Under the pieces are notes generated by a model that saw nothing but the letters and a program-made list of their open reading frames with translations, was not told where the DNA came from and did not search any database. Made by a program: the position numbers and the translations under genes. Below are positions 31,969-32,000 of a DNA stretch of 32,000 bases, one piece after another; position 1 is the first letter of the stretch; each line of letters begins with the position of its first letter. Source of the stretch: an uncultured Chloroflexia bacterium (lineage in GTDB: Bacteria; Chloroflexota; Ktedonobacteria; Ktedonobacterales; JADMIN01); NCBI GenBank assembly GCA_963718915.1, contig CAVRAI010000007.1:60001-92000 (forward strand), written 5' to 3'.

Positions 31969-32000
31969 ATGAAGCCCATGAAACGATCTCGACTTCGCAT
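31969..32000 (+). CDS. Possible start of a further ORF (MKPMKRSRLR...), truncated by the window end
   Basis: An ATG lies 36 nt after the previous stop and opens a basic N-terminus. Only 10 codons are visible. Confidence 0.15.
   Translation, partial: MKPMKRSRLR

Overview
All calls below were made by eye from motifs and the ORF track; no searches were run. This is a high-GC bacterial chromosomal window. The gene repertoire suggests Chloroflexota or Actinomycetota, but that is inference only. It holds about 27 protein genes and one tRNA-Phe(GAA), with no rRNA, CRISPR array or intact transposase.

The backbone is ordinary. It includes metG, rsmA/ksgA, an S11 DD-carboxypeptidase, a class-I aminotransferase, a dienelactone hydrolase, a cytidylyltransferase, an FMO-type oxidoreductase, an alpha/beta hydrolase, HdeD/DUF308 and a MalT/LuxR-type regulator.

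Five things deserve a second look:
1. A 31-codon ORF with 7 ATG codons (run MMMEMAM) and a strong intrinsic terminator lie directly upstream of metG. This looks like a leader-peptide attenuator for methionyl-tRNA synthetase.
2. A giant 1694-aa protein combines a DUF4011-like domain, an Upf1/DNA2-type SF1 helicase and a Vsr/DUF559-like nuclease. It sits in a visibly lower-GC block next to a kinase with a zinc ribbon and four TM segments. It is a candidate stand-alone helicase-nuclease immunity protein (Nhi / Mokosh type II-like logic).
3. A dispersed, structured repeat of about 110 nt is present in four copies. It has two hairpins, short terminal inverted repeats and compensatory stem changes. 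All copies share one orientation and sit at the 3' ends of + strand genes. One copy supplies the C-terminus and stop codon of the helicase ORF.
4. Three genes are split by frame changes: an Rpn/DUF4351 nuclease, a GT39-like membrane glycosyltransferase and an HTH-NB-ARC-TPR STAND protein.
5. A PrmC/HemK homologue lacks the NPPY catalytic motif.
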